This document shows positions 30,975 through 40,583 of a DNA stretch of 64,000 nucleotides, piece by piece. The notes under the pieces are model-generated. The model did not search any database. It had not been told where the DNA came from and saw nothing but the letters and a program-made list of their open reading frames with translations. Position numbers and translations under genes: made by a program. This stretch comes from Gammaproteobacteria bacterium. Its GTDB lineage: Bacteria; Pseudomonadota; Gammaproteobacteria; Magnimaribacterales; AG-339-G14. How positions within the stretch are numbered: the stretch's first letter is position 1; each line of letters starts with the position of its first letter. The stretch spans positions 12,355-76,354 of the forward strand of contig QOPF01000003.1 of the NCBI GenBank assembly GCA_003331625.1, written 5' to 3'.

Positions 30975-32606
30975 ATGAAACAACTAGAATCACAACCTTT
31001 TCAATCCAAGCTTGACTTGAATTCTGAAGAATTCAAAAAAAATAAAGATTCTATGTTAAGTATGATTTCTGAGCTTGATGAACTTCTAGATGAAGCAGAA
31101 GCTGGTGGTGGTCCAGATCATCATAAGAGACTTGCTGCCCGTGGAAAACTTCCTGTAAGAGAAAGAGTTTTTCATTTTTTAGATCCAGACAGTCCTTTTT
31201 TAGAAATAAGCGGTTTAGCTGCCTATAAATCTGAATATCCTGTTGGCGGAGGAGCATTTGCAGGTATTGGAGTATCCTCTGGAATTGAGTGTGTAATTTT
31301 TGCTAATGACCCCACTGTTCTAGCTGGCGCTATGCATTTTTATTCTGTAAAAAAATGGATGAGATGTATGCAGATTGCTAGAGACTGTCGAATTCCATTT
31401 ATTCAGTTTGTTGAGTCTGCAGGTGGAGATTTAAGACCAAGAGCAGGAGCCTCTGTTGGAGGCGTCGGACATTTTGCTGAATCAGGAAGACAATTTTATG
31501 AAATTACTGAACTCTCAAAATTAAATATTCCAACTGTTACTGTTGCTTTTGGAACAGCAACAGCAGGTGGAGCTTATCAACCTGGTATGTCTGACTATAA
31601 TATCTTTGTAAAGAATCAAGCAGATGTGGCACTTGCAGGGCCACCGTTAGTACAAATGGCAACAGGTGAAATTTCCTCGAGGGAGGATATTGGTGGAGCA
31701 AAAATGCATGCTGAAAAATCAGGTTTAGCGGAATATTTAGCTGAAGATGATTTAGACGGAATTAGAATTGCCCGAGAAGTGATGTCGCATTTGAATTGGA
31801 ATAAACATGGCGATGGCCCAAGATTTTTAATTGATCCTCCCTTGTACAATCAAGATGATCTTCTCGGAATAATTGAGCCGGGTCTTAAAACACCTTTTGA
31901 CATTAGAGAGATTATTGGTCGTATTTCTGACGGTTCAAAATTTGAAGAATTCAAACCCCTTTTTGGTCCAACAATAATTTGTGGATTTATTTCAATACAT
32001 GGTTATCCAGTCGGAGTATTAGGGAATAATGGAATGCTTTTTCCAGATGCTTCGCAGAAAGCTGCTCACTTTATTCAACTTTGTAATAAAAGAAATCTTC
32101 CTTTAATTTTTCTTCAAAATATTACTGGCTTCATGGTTGGAAAAGATTACGAACAAGATGGTTCCATAAAAAAAGGAGCTCAAATGTTAAATGCTGTATC
32201 GAATTCCAACGTACCGCATTTGACTGTAATTGTTGGAAATTCTTATGGAGCAGGGACATACGCAATGTCTGGAAGAGAATTTGGAAATTCATTTACCTTT
32301 ATTTGGCCAACAGCAAAAATTGCAGTAATGGGTGGTGAAGTGATTGCTGGAGTAATGTCAATTGTTAGAAGAGGACAGGCAGCTAGAAAAGGTATCAAAT
32401 TTAATGAAAAAGAAGATGCTGAAATTGTAAAAAATCAGCAAATTTCACACGATAAAGGATCAAAAGCACTTAGAGCAACGAGTGTAATAAGTGATGATGG
32501 CATCATTGATCCAAGAGATACAAGAAGTGTTCTGGGGATGTGTCTTTCTATAGTAAATAATAAAGAAATTAAAGGCTCAGACGGCTTTGGAGTTTTTAGG
32601 CTGTGA
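30975..32606 (+). CDS. Acyl-CoA carboxylase, carboxyltransferase subunit (AtuC/AccD2-like)
   Basis: RGKLP.RER, ANDPTV, TAGGAY.PGMSD, QNITGFMVG, DDGIIDPRDTR and FGVFR C-terminus. Confidence 0.88.
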   Translation: MKQLESQPFQSKLDLNSEEFKKNKDSMLSMISELDELLDEAEAGGGPDHHKRLAARGKLPVRERVFHFLDPDSPFLEISGLAAYKSEYPVGGGAFAGIGVSSGIECVIFANDPTVLAGAMHFYSVKKWMRCMQIARDCRIPFIQFVESAGGDLRPRAGASVGGVGHFAESGRQFYEITELSKLNIPTVTVAFGTATAGGAYQPGMSDYNIFVKNQADVALAGPPLVQMATGEISSREDIGGAKMHAEKSGLAEYLAEDDLDGIRIAREVMSHLNWNKHGDGPRFLIDPPLYNQDDLLGIIEPGLKTPFDIREIIGRISDGSKFEEFKPLFGPTIICGFISIHGYPVGVLGNNGMLFPDASQKAAHFIQLCNKRNLPLIFLQNITGFMVGKDYEQDGSIKKGAQMLNAVSNSNVPHLTVIVGNSYGAGTYAMSGREFGNSFTFIWPTAKIAVMGGEVIAGVMSIVRRGQAARKGIKFNEKEDAEIVKNQQISHDKGSKALRATSVISDDGIIDPRDTRSVLGMCLSIVNNKEIKGSDGFGVFRL

Positions 32607-34522
32607 TTATACGAAAACTACTTATTTCTAACAGAGGAGAAATAGCCAGTAGGATTATAAGAAGTGCACACGATATGGGTATTAGCTGTGTAGCTATATA
32701 TACAGAAGCAGACACAAATACTCCTTACGTAAGAGAAGCAGATCAAGCATTCAAACTAAGTGATACTTATTTAAACGCAAAAGAAATTTTAGAGATTGCA
32801 AAAAAAAATGACGTAGATGCAATACATCCTGGTTATGGCTTTTTATCTGAGAACGCAAATTTTGCTAATAGCGTTAAAAAGGCCGGAATTAAATGGGTTG
32901 GGCCTTCAGCAAATGCAATTAAAAAAATGGGAGACAAACTTACAGCTAAAACCTTAGCTGAAAAAGTCGGAGTTCCTACTTTGCCTATGGGAACTTCTTC
33001 AAAAGATGCAAAAAACATAGGTTATCCAATTTTAGTTAAAGCTGCGGCAGGCGGTGGTGGAAAAGGCATGCGTATTGTTGAAGACGCTAAAGATCTCAAA
33101 GAGTCAATTGCCTCTGCAGAACGTGAGGCTGAAGGAGGTTTTGGAGATAAAAGAGTTTTCCTTGAAAGATATATTGAAAGATCAAGGCATATTGAGGTAC
33201 AAATTCTTGGAGATTCACATGGAAATCTTGTGCATTTAGGTGAAAGAGAATGTTCAATTCAAAGAAGACATCAAAAAATTATTGAAGAGTCCCCTTCTCC
33301 AATGGTAAGTGATTCTATGCGTCGCGAAATGGGAGCAGCAGCTTTGAAATTAGCTTCAAAATTAAAATATGAATCCGCAGGAACAGTAGAATTTTTAGTC
33401 GACGAAAAAACCAAAGAATTTTGGTTTTTAGAAGTTAATACAAGATTGCAAGTTGAGCATCCAGTTACGGAAGAAGTTACGGGTATTGACCTTGTAAAAG
33501 AACAATTGAGAATAGCTGATGGTGAAGAGCTAGGATTTGATCAATCTGATGTAGATTGGTTTGGAAGCTCCATTGAAGTAAGACTTTATGCTGAAGATCC
33601 AGGAAATGATTTTTTACCAGTTACAGGAAAACTAATAAGATTTGAACCTGCTAATAATCCCGTGGTGAGATGGGATGTAGGTATTGAGACAGGTTCAATA
33701 ATTACTTCTGACTTTGATCCTATGCTTGCCAAAGTAATATCATATGGAGAGACAAGAATAGAAGCTGCTAACAAACTTGTCTTAGCTCTTAAAAATAGTC
33801 ATTTTGGAGGTATGAAAACTAATAGAGAGTTTTTAATATCAATACTTGAATCAAAAGAATTTTTAAAAGGGGCAACAACGACTGACTTTATAAAAAAAGT
33901 TAAATTAAATACTGAATTAGGTCTTTCTGAAGATGAAATAAATGATTATGCCAAGTTAGCAGCTCTTTGGATTCAAGGAAAAAATAGAAATGAAGCTTCA
34001 GTATTAACTAATATGGAATCTGGATGGAATAATGCCAGACTGCCCTTCCAGGAAGTAAAGCTAAAGATGAATGAATTAGAAACTTCAATAAAATATAAAA
34101 ATACTAGAAATAATATTTTTAAATTTTCTGATAAAAAAAATGGAGTAGTTTTTGAATGGAAAAACAATTTCATTGATGCTGAAATTTCTGGATCTCGTTA
34201 TAGATCTAAAGTATCCAAGGATAAAGATCTATTATTGCTGCACACTTATAAAGGCGATGTTCTATTTAAAATTTTGCCTAAGTTTAAAATTCAAGAGATA
34301 GGAATAGTGGAAGGAGGATTGAATGCTCCCATGCCTGGAAAAGTTGTAGAGGTCAAAATCAAAAAAGGATCTTCCGTAAAAAAAGGAGATACTTTGGTTA
34401 TTCTTGAAGCAATGAAAATGGAACATAAAGTTAGCGCTCCTGCAAATGGAAAAATTTCAAAAGTACTCATTTCTCAGGGAGACCAAGTAGAAAATGGTCA
34501 AACTTTAATTGTCTTAGATTAA
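32603..34522 (+). CDS. Acyl-CoA carboxylase, biotin carboxylase/biotin carrier subunit (AtuF/AccA2-like)
   Basis: NRGEIA, HPGYGFLSEN, GGGGKGMR, RECSIQRRHQK, EVNTRLQVEH and EAMKME biotinylation site. Confidence 0.9.
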   Translation: MIIRKLLISNRGEIASRIIRSAHDMGISCVAIYTEADTNTPYVREADQAFKLSDTYLNAKEILEIAKKNDVDAIHPGYGFLSENANFANSVKKAGIKWVGPSANAIKKMGDKLTAKTLAEKVGVPTLPMGTSSKDAKNIGYPILVKAAAGGGGKGMRIVEDAKDLKESIASAEREAEGGFGDKRVFLERYIERSRHIEVQILGDSHGNLVHLGERECSIQRRHQKIIEESPSPMVSDSMRREMGAAALKLASKLKYESAGTVEFLVDEKTKEFWFLEVNTRLQVEHPVTEEVTGIDLVKEQLRIADGEELGFDQSDVDWFGSSIEVRLYAEDPGNDFLPVTGKLIRFEPANNPVVRWDVGIETGSIITSDFDPMLAKVISYGETRIEAANKLVLALKNSHFGGMKTNREFLISILESKEFLKGATTTDFIKKVKLNTELGLSEDEINDYAKLAALWIQGKNRNEASVLTNMESGWNNARLPFQEVKLKMNELETSIKYKNTRNNIFKFSDKKNGVVFEWKNNFIDAEISGSRYRSKVSKDKDLLLLHTYKGDVLFKILPKFKIQEIGIVEGGLNAPMPGKVVEVKIKKGSSVKKGDTLVILEAMKMEHKVSAPANGKISKVLISQGDQVENGQTLIVLD

Positions 34523-35310
34523 TCCCATTTAGGTTTTCTTTTTTCTAAAAAAGCAGCAATTCCCTCTTGAGCATCTGGACCAGCAAATGTTTCAGCGCTT
34601 TTTTTTCCAAGGTATGGAAGGGCTTCATCAAAATTCATATCATCTTGAATGACATATGCTTCAAGACCAAATTGCATGGTACCAGGAGCTAGATTAGCTA
34701 AATCATTTGCTAACTTGTTAACTGCTTCATCCAACATGTCGATTGAAACTGATTCATTTATTAGTCCCCATTCCTGCGCTTTTTTAGCATCGATTGCTTG
34801 TCCGCGCATACAAAAATCTAAACCAGCCCTTTTTGGCATCACTCTAAATAGCCCAGCCATAACCATATGAGGCCAAACTCCTCTTAAAATTTCAGGAGCT
34901 GAAAACTTTGCATTCTCAACAGCAATGGCGTGGGTACAATTTGTAACCATAAGAAGTGCTCCGGCATGAACTGATCCTTGAATCTTACAGATGACTGGCT
35001 TATAGAGGTGCCTGATTGATAGACTTATATCGTCTGATCCTTCTATTTTAGGAACGTCTGATTCTATTTGCTTTCTATTTAAGTCAGCTCCAGCACAAAA
35101 GACATCTCCCTCTGCGCCAATTACTACAACTCTAATGCTTCTCTCTTGTTTTGCATAAGCAAGAGCATAATTAATTTCATTCATCATGACATTGTTGAGC
35201 GCGTTTTTCTTTTCTGGCCTATTTAAAGTAATGGTCAATATATGATCAGAGATATTGATTTTTGTAGCTTGGAAGTTTAGGTTCTCTAAAGAGAGTTTTT
35301 TAGTATTCAT
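34519..35310 (-). CDS. Enoyl-CoA hydratase/isomerase family protein
   Basis: LNRPEKKNAL, FCAGADL, PE and EGIAAFLEKRKP.W motifs. Confidence 0.9.
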   Translation of the reverse strand: MNTKKLSLENLNFQATKINISDHILTITLNRPEKKNALNNVMMNEINYALAYAKQERSIRVVVIGAEGDVFCAGADLNRKQIESDVPKIEGSDDISLSIRHLYKPVICKIQGSVHAGALLMVTNCTHAIAVENAKFSAPEILRGVWPHMVMAGLFRVMPKRAGLDFCMRGQAIDAKKAQEWGLINESVSIDMLDEAVNKLANDLANLAPGTMQFGLEAYVIQDDMNFDEALPYLGKKSAETFAGPDAQEGIAAFLEKRKPKWD

Positions 35311-35316
35311 TTTTAT

Positions 35317-37080
35317 TTATCCTAAAATAGTTTTTGGTATGGATATCTTTTTCGCTCTTAAGTACTCGCCCAAAGACTTTGCTTGGCCATCCATTCTCGT
35401 TGAAGAGGAGACTCCATCTTGTAAAATTCCATGAATATAAAAGTTTAAAGATAAAATATTTGGTAAATCAAATCTATCAATTTCAAAAGGTTCTAGGTCT
35501 GGGAGTAATTCTTTAAGTTTTTTTACAGTTAAAAAATCATATAAAAATCCATAAGTATCAATATTTTTGCTCCATACTCCAAGATTTGCGCAACCGCCTT
35601 TGTCTCCTGATCTTGTACCAAAAATTTCACCAAAAAATATCTCTTTATCTGGTTTCTCAGTTATTTTCTTTACTTCGGTTGGTTCTTTTTGATAATAAAC
35701 TTCTTCAAAATCTAATTGACTAGTCGGGAGGATCTCTAAAACTTTACCGTCAACGAATATCTTTTCTTTTATATGCTTACTATCAACTAAAGCTGGCCAG
35801 TACTCTATGTAAGGACCATTTGGAACAACTCCACTTCTTCCCGTCCATCCAGGAAAGTTAGCAAGAGCTAATTCTATAATTTTTGCGCTAAATAGCCGAC
35901 CTACCAAATCAGAATCCTTTGACATTACATCAATTCTCAAAAAAGCTTGAGCTTGTTCGTTTGTTTCAGGATTTTCTTTATCCGTTCTATGAAGTTGTAT
36001 ATCAACTTTATCAAATTGATCTTTTCCTCCTACTGATTCAAAAATAGTTTCTGAAATTAAATTAGCTTTTTCTTCAATATCTAAACCTGTAATAAGTAAT
36101 TCTGTACCATTTCTAAATCCACCAGCTAAATTAATACAAACTTTATGATTTTTTGGAGGACTACTTCCTCTACATCCAGAGACATAAACTCTATCTTCTG
36201 ACTCTTGCTCTATTTTTAGGGTATCGAAATGTGAAATGACATCTGGGTTTGCATATGCAGGCGAGCCAATTTCATATAGTAATTGGGCTGTAACAGTTCC
36301 CACAGAAACCAAACCTCCTGTGCCGGGGTGTTTTGTAACTACAAAACTTCCATCTTCATTAATTTCTGCAATTGGATATCCTATATCCTTGAATGATGGT
36401 ACCTCTTTAAAAAAAGCATAGTTTCCCCCAGTTGCTTGAGCTCCACATTCTATAATATGACCGGCTGCTAAAGCGCCTGCTAATTTATCAAAATCATTTC
36501 TTGCCCAATTAAATTTCCAAGCTGCTGGTCCTATTACTACTGCAGCATCTGTTACTCTTGGGCAAATTACGACATCTGCCCCTTCATCCAGAGCCTCTTT
36601 TATTCCCCAAGCTCCTAAGTAAGCATTAGCAGTCAAAGGTTTTTTTTCATATGAGAACAAATCATTTTTTTTATCTATATTTTTTAGTAATTCTCCTGCC
36701 GAAGAAAGTTCTTCAAGCCTTGGCATAAGGTCATCGCCTTCTATGTAAGCTACTTTTAAATTTAAATTTAGTTCTTTAATTATTTTTTCTACTTCTTTAG
36801 CCATTGAAGCGGGATTAAGTCCTCCGGCATTGGAAACTATTTTAATTTTTTTATCTTCACAAAGTTTTGCCACTTCCTTGAATTGTTTTAAAAAAGTTCC
36901 AACGTAACCAAAATCCTCGCCTCTTTTTAACTTTTGATTGTATAAAATTGTCATGGTTAATTCGGCTAAATAATCTCCTGTAAGGACATCAATAGGACCC
37001 CCTTCAACCATTTTTCTTGCTATGGAAAGATTATCTCCATAAAAACCACTACAGTTAGCTATTTTGATATTTTGTGTCAT
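35317..37080 (-). CDS. Acyclic terpene utilization AtuA family protein (DUF1446)
   Basis: IANCSGFYGD, GDYLAELTM, NAGGLNP, GHIIECG.QATGGN, TAQLLYEI, RSGDKGG.ANLG and D.QAKSLGE motifs. Confidence 0.9.
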   Translation of the reverse strand: MTQNIKIANCSGFYGDNLSIARKMVEGGPIDVLTGDYLAELTMTILYNQKLKRGEDFGYVGTFLKQFKEVAKLCEDKKIKIVSNAGGLNPASMAKEVEKIIKELNLNLKVAYIEGDDLMPRLEELSSAGELLKNIDKKNDLFSYEKKPLTANAYLGAWGIKEALDEGADVVICPRVTDAAVVIGPAAWKFNWARNDFDKLAGALAAGHIIECGAQATGGNYAFFKEVPSFKDIGYPIAEINEDGSFVVTKHPGTGGLVSVGTVTAQLLYEIGSPAYANPDVISHFDTLKIEQESEDRVYVSGCRGSSPPKNHKVCINLAGGFRNGTELLITGLDIEEKANLISETIFESVGGKDQFDKVDIQLHRTDKENPETNEQAQAFLRIDVMSKDSDLVGRLFSAKIIELALANFPGWTGRSGVVPNGPYIEYWPALVDSKHIKEKIFVDGKVLEILPTSQLDFEEVYYQKEPTEVKKITEKPDKEIFFGEIFGTRSGDKGGCANLGVWSKNIDTYGFLYDFLTVKKLKELLPDLEPFEIDRFDLPNILSLNFYIHGILQDGVSSSTRMDGQAKSLGEYLRAKKISIPKTILG

Positions 37081-37957
37081 CTTTATTTCTAATTTTTTTA
37101 TCGGATATACCTGCAAGATAGATACCAACTAGAAGAATGATAGCACCGAAAATCTGTTGATTTAAGAACATTTCTCCAAAAAAAATTATTGCTAGTAGTG
37201 CCGCAGTAAGAGGTTGTAATAAAAGAATTAAGGAAGAAAATTGAACTCTCAATAATGATAAGCCAAAAATAATACTGCCTTGTCCGGCGATTTGAATAAA
37301 TAAACCCTGAAAAATTAAATTTATCCATCCATTATAAGAATATGGAACAAGCGCTCCTGATTCAACAAAGCTTCCTGCTAATAATGGAATACATCCAAAT
37401 AAAGCAGAAAAAAACATCAAAAGAAAAATATCATATGTTTTTGAAAATCTTTTTATAGAAATTAAATATCCTGAATAAAAAAGTGCCGCTAGCAAAGAAA
37501 GAAAATCTCCTTTAAGGCTTTGAAATTCATTTTGCTCAAAAAGAATTAAAAAAACTCCCAACAAACAAAAAGATCCAGCAAAATAAAAAAATAAATCTAG
37601 TTTCTCTTTGAATATAAAAAATGAAATTATGGCTACATATATTGGAGCCGTATTAACAAAAAGAGATGCGTTTGCGATGGAAGTTTCATTGATTGACCAG
37701 TGCCAAAGAGTTATATCTGTTCCAAAAAAAAGACCAGGAATTGATAGATAAAAAATATCTTTTATTTTTATGTTTTTGAATTTTTTTTTAATTATGCCAA
37801 AAAGAAATAAAACAAATGTGGCTATAAGAAATCTATAAAAGCCAGTAAGAGACGGTGTTACTTCACTAGTCCGTACCAATATAGGAGCTATGCCAATAAG
37901 AAAAGCACCTATACTTGTTGATAAAATACCTATAGTTCTTAAGCTTAGAGTAGTCAT
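37055..37957 (-). CDS. DMT/EamA family transporter
   Basis: About 10 TM helices in two repeats, FYR, NTAP and LLQP...FFGE motifs. Confidence 0.85.
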   Translation of the reverse strand: MTTLSLRTIGILSTSIGAFLIGIAPILVRTSEVTPSLTGFYRFLIATFVLFLFGIIKKKFKNIKIKDIFYLSIPGLFFGTDITLWHWSINETSIANASLFVNTAPIYVAIISFFIFKEKLDLFFYFAGSFCLLGVFLILFEQNEFQSLKGDFLSLLAALFYSGYLISIKRFSKTYDIFLLMFFSALFGCIPLLAGSFVESGALVPYSYNGWINLIFQGLFIQIAGQGSIIFGLSLLRVQFSSLILLLQPLTAALLAIIFFGEMFLNQQIFGAIILLVGIYLAGISDKKIRNKDDTKYQNS

Positions 37958-37987
37958 AATAATTTGAAGTAAAGATATACTGTATCA

Positions 37988-39346
37988 ATGTTGAATAAAG
38001 AGCAAAAAAATTCTCCAGCCATTCTTTCTGTTTCTCAATTAAATAAAAATGCGAAATTATCACTGGAAAAGAAATTTAATAATGTCTGGGTAAAAGGGGA
38101 AATTTCTGAGTTTACAAACTATAAACAGTCTGGACATTGGTATTTCACTTTAAAGGACGAAAATGCATCCATAAACTGCGTCATGTTTAAGTTTAAGAAT
38201 TCATATCTTAAAAACATTCCTGAAATAGGAGATGAAATTATTTTGAAAGGAAATATTTCTTTATTTGAAGCCCAAGGTAGATTTCAATTTATAGCAGAAG
38301 CATTAGAATATTCAGGAGAAGGAGATTTACTAAAAGCTTATGAAAATTTAAAAAAAAAGCTTCTACTAGAAGGTCTTTTTGAAGAGAGTTTTAAAAAAGT
38401 AATCCCAAGTAAACCAATGCATATTGGTGTTGTATCTTCACCTTCTGGAGCAGTTATTCAAGATATAAGAAATATACTAGAGAGGCGAGCACCGTTATCT
38501 AAAGTGACTTTATCTCCAAGTCTTGTTCAAGGTGAAAAAGCAGATGATCAGATAATTAAAGCGCTAGAAATGTTAACCACATTTAACGAATCTTATAAAA
38601 TTGATTTAATTATAATTGCTAGGGGTGGAGGATCTCTTGAAGATCTTTGGTGCTTTAATAGTGAAAAGTTAGCGAGAAAAATTTATTCGCTAGAAATACC
38701 AATTATTAGCGCCATTGGTCATGAAACAGATTTTACTATTTGCGACTTAGTATCAGATTTAAGAGCCCCTACTCCATCTTCTGCAGCTGAGATAATAAGT
38801 CAAGAACACTCAAATTTTTTTGATCGACTAATTGATCTTAAAAGGAATGGATTATTTTCTCTTCAGAAAAATTTTTCGAATAAAAAAAACTTTCTTAAAC
38901 AAAATCTAAACATTTTTAACAAGGTTGATCTTAATTTAGACCAAAAAAGTTTAAGACTCGACGAGAATCAAAATAGATTTACTTATTTACAAAAAGAAAA
39001 CTTGAATTCAAAAAATCTTTTACTATCAAAATTTATTTTAAATTTAAAAGATAAAAATCCATTTTCTAAACTTTCGAGTCAAAAAGCGGATTTATCAAAC
39101 ATGGTCTTAATTTATAAAAATAGTTTTTTTACTAATTTTTCTGAAAAGAGAAATATTATTAAAACTTTGATATCTAAATTAAATGCTTTTAGTCCTTTAG
39201 CAGTCTTATCAAGAGGCTACACAGTTACAACAAAAAATGATGAACTATTAGAAAGTTCAATATTAACAAAAGGAGATGAGATTAAAACTCGTACCGAAAA
39301 AACAATAATCTCCTCTGAGATAATTGATATCAATGAAATTGATTAA
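37988..39346 (+). CDS. xseA: Exodeoxyribonuclease VII large subunit
   Basis: SGHWYFTLKD, RGGGSLEDLWCFN, SAIGHETD, RAPTPSSAAE and P...L.RGY motifs. Confidence 0.96.
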   Translation: MLNKEQKNSPAILSVSQLNKNAKLSLEKKFNNVWVKGEISEFTNYKQSGHWYFTLKDENASINCVMFKFKNSYLKNIPEIGDEIILKGNISLFEAQGRFQFIAEALEYSGEGDLLKAYENLKKKLLLEGLFEESFKKVIPSKPMHIGVVSSPSGAVIQDIRNILERRAPLSKVTLSPSLVQGEKADDQIIKALEMLTTFNESYKIDLIIIARGGGSLEDLWCFNSEKLARKIYSLEIPIISAIGHETDFTICDLVSDLRAPTPSSAAEIISQEHSNFFDRLIDLKRNGLFSLQKNFSNKKNFLKQNLNIFNKVDLNLDQKSLRLDENQNRFTYLQKENLNSKNLLLSKFILNLKDKNPFSKLSSQKADLSNMVLIYKNSFFTNFSEKRNIIKTLISKLNAFSPLAVLSRGYTVTTKNDELLESSILTKGDEIKTRTEKTIISSEIIDINEID

Positions 39347-40127
39347 AAATACTTTTTTTATTTTTTTATCATTTTTAATAAGTTGCAGTACTTTAGAAAA
39401 TCAAATGTCTCCTAAATGCTTGTATCCTAAAGAGATGTTAGAAAAAGGCGGTATTATTAACAGAGAATATACTGGCAATATAGATAAAGAACTTAATAAA
39501 TATATTTGTAAAGATAATAAAAATTCCTATCTCGTATATCCCATACCGTATGACTCACCAAGTGAGTTTTTGCTTTTAGGAAATAAGATTAGGATAAATA
39601 AAAAAAATTTTAGAGAATCTAGAATTGTAATAAAGGACAAAAAGTTTAATGAAATATCCAAGATAAACCTTAAAAGAATTAGTGAAGAAAAAAAAATATT
39701 TGATAAATACATAAAGCTAATTACAGAAAAAAAATATTTGAGTATAAATTTTAAGATGCCTTCAGAAGGAATTATTTCTAGTGAATATGGAGTGAAAAGA
39801 TTTATTAATAATATTCCAAGAAATCCTCATTTAGGTTTGGATATTGCTGCAGACAAAGGAACGCTTATTGTTGCTCCAGAAAATGGAAAAATTGTATTCT
39901 CAGGGAATTTTTTTTACAGGGGAAATCTTCTTATCATCGATCATGGCAATGGAATTATCACTACCTATTCTCATTTAGATGAAATTTTAAAAATAAAAGG
40001 TGATTTTGTAAAAAGAGGACAAAAAATTGCATCCATTGGATCATCAGGTCGAGTAACCGGACCTCATTTACATTTTGAAACTATCGTATATGGAATAAAA
40101 ATTAATCCTTTAATATTTTTAAAGTGA
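39333..40127 (+). CDS. M23 family metallopeptidase (probable lipoprotein)
   Basis: H.GLD, IDHG.G, YSHL and TGPHLHF zinc motifs; LISC lipobox. Confidence 0.88.
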   Translation: MKLIKNTFFIFLSFLISCSTLENQMSPKCLYPKEMLEKGGIINREYTGNIDKELNKYICKDNKNSYLVYPIPYDSPSEFLLLGNKIRINKKNFRESRIVIKDKKFNEISKINLKRISEEKKIFDKYIKLITEKKYLSINFKMPSEGIISSEYGVKRFINNIPRNPHLGLDIAADKGTLIVAPENGKIVFSGNFFYRGNLLIIDHGNGIITTYSHLDEILKIKGDFVKRGQKIASIGSSGRVTGPHLHFETIVYGIKINPLIFLK

Positions 40128-40559
40128 CAATAAATCTATTATTTCTTTCTCAGTTTGTGGGCCTATTAAGGTATGTTCTAATTCTCCTTCTTTATTAACA
40201 ATGAATGTCACCGGAAGATTTTCTGGAACAATCCATTTAAAAATTTCTGAAGGATCAGATAATAAAGAATCTACTGATACATTAAATCTCTCTAGTTGTT
40301 GTTTCAATTCTTCTCCTTCAAGTAAATCAAAATTTATTAAAAAAACTTTTAAATCTTTAGAGAAATTCTTATCAAGATTATTTAATTCTGGAATTTCTTT
40401 GATGCATGGCGGACACCAATCTGCCCAATAATTAAAAATTATCCATTTACCCTTTAAATCTTCTAAATGAAAGTTCTTACCTTCGAAAACTTTAAGATCA
40501 TAGTTTGAACAAGAACATAAAAAAAGGATAAAAAATATTTTTATGATATTTGTCTTCAT
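40119..40559 (-). CDS. TlpA-family thiol:disulfide oxidoreductase
   Basis: NYWADWCPPCIKEIP and LP.T motifs; lipoprotein-like signal. Confidence 0.9.
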   Translation of the reverse strand: MKTNIIKIFFILFLCSCSNYDLKVFEGKNFHLEDLKGKWIIFNYWADWCPPCIKEIPELNNLDKNFSKDLKVFLINFDLLEGEELKQQLERFNVSVDSLLSDPSEIFKWIVPENLPVTFIVNKEGELEHTLIGPQTEKEIIDLLSL

Positions 40560-40583
40560 AATCTTTATATAATACTGTTTAAA

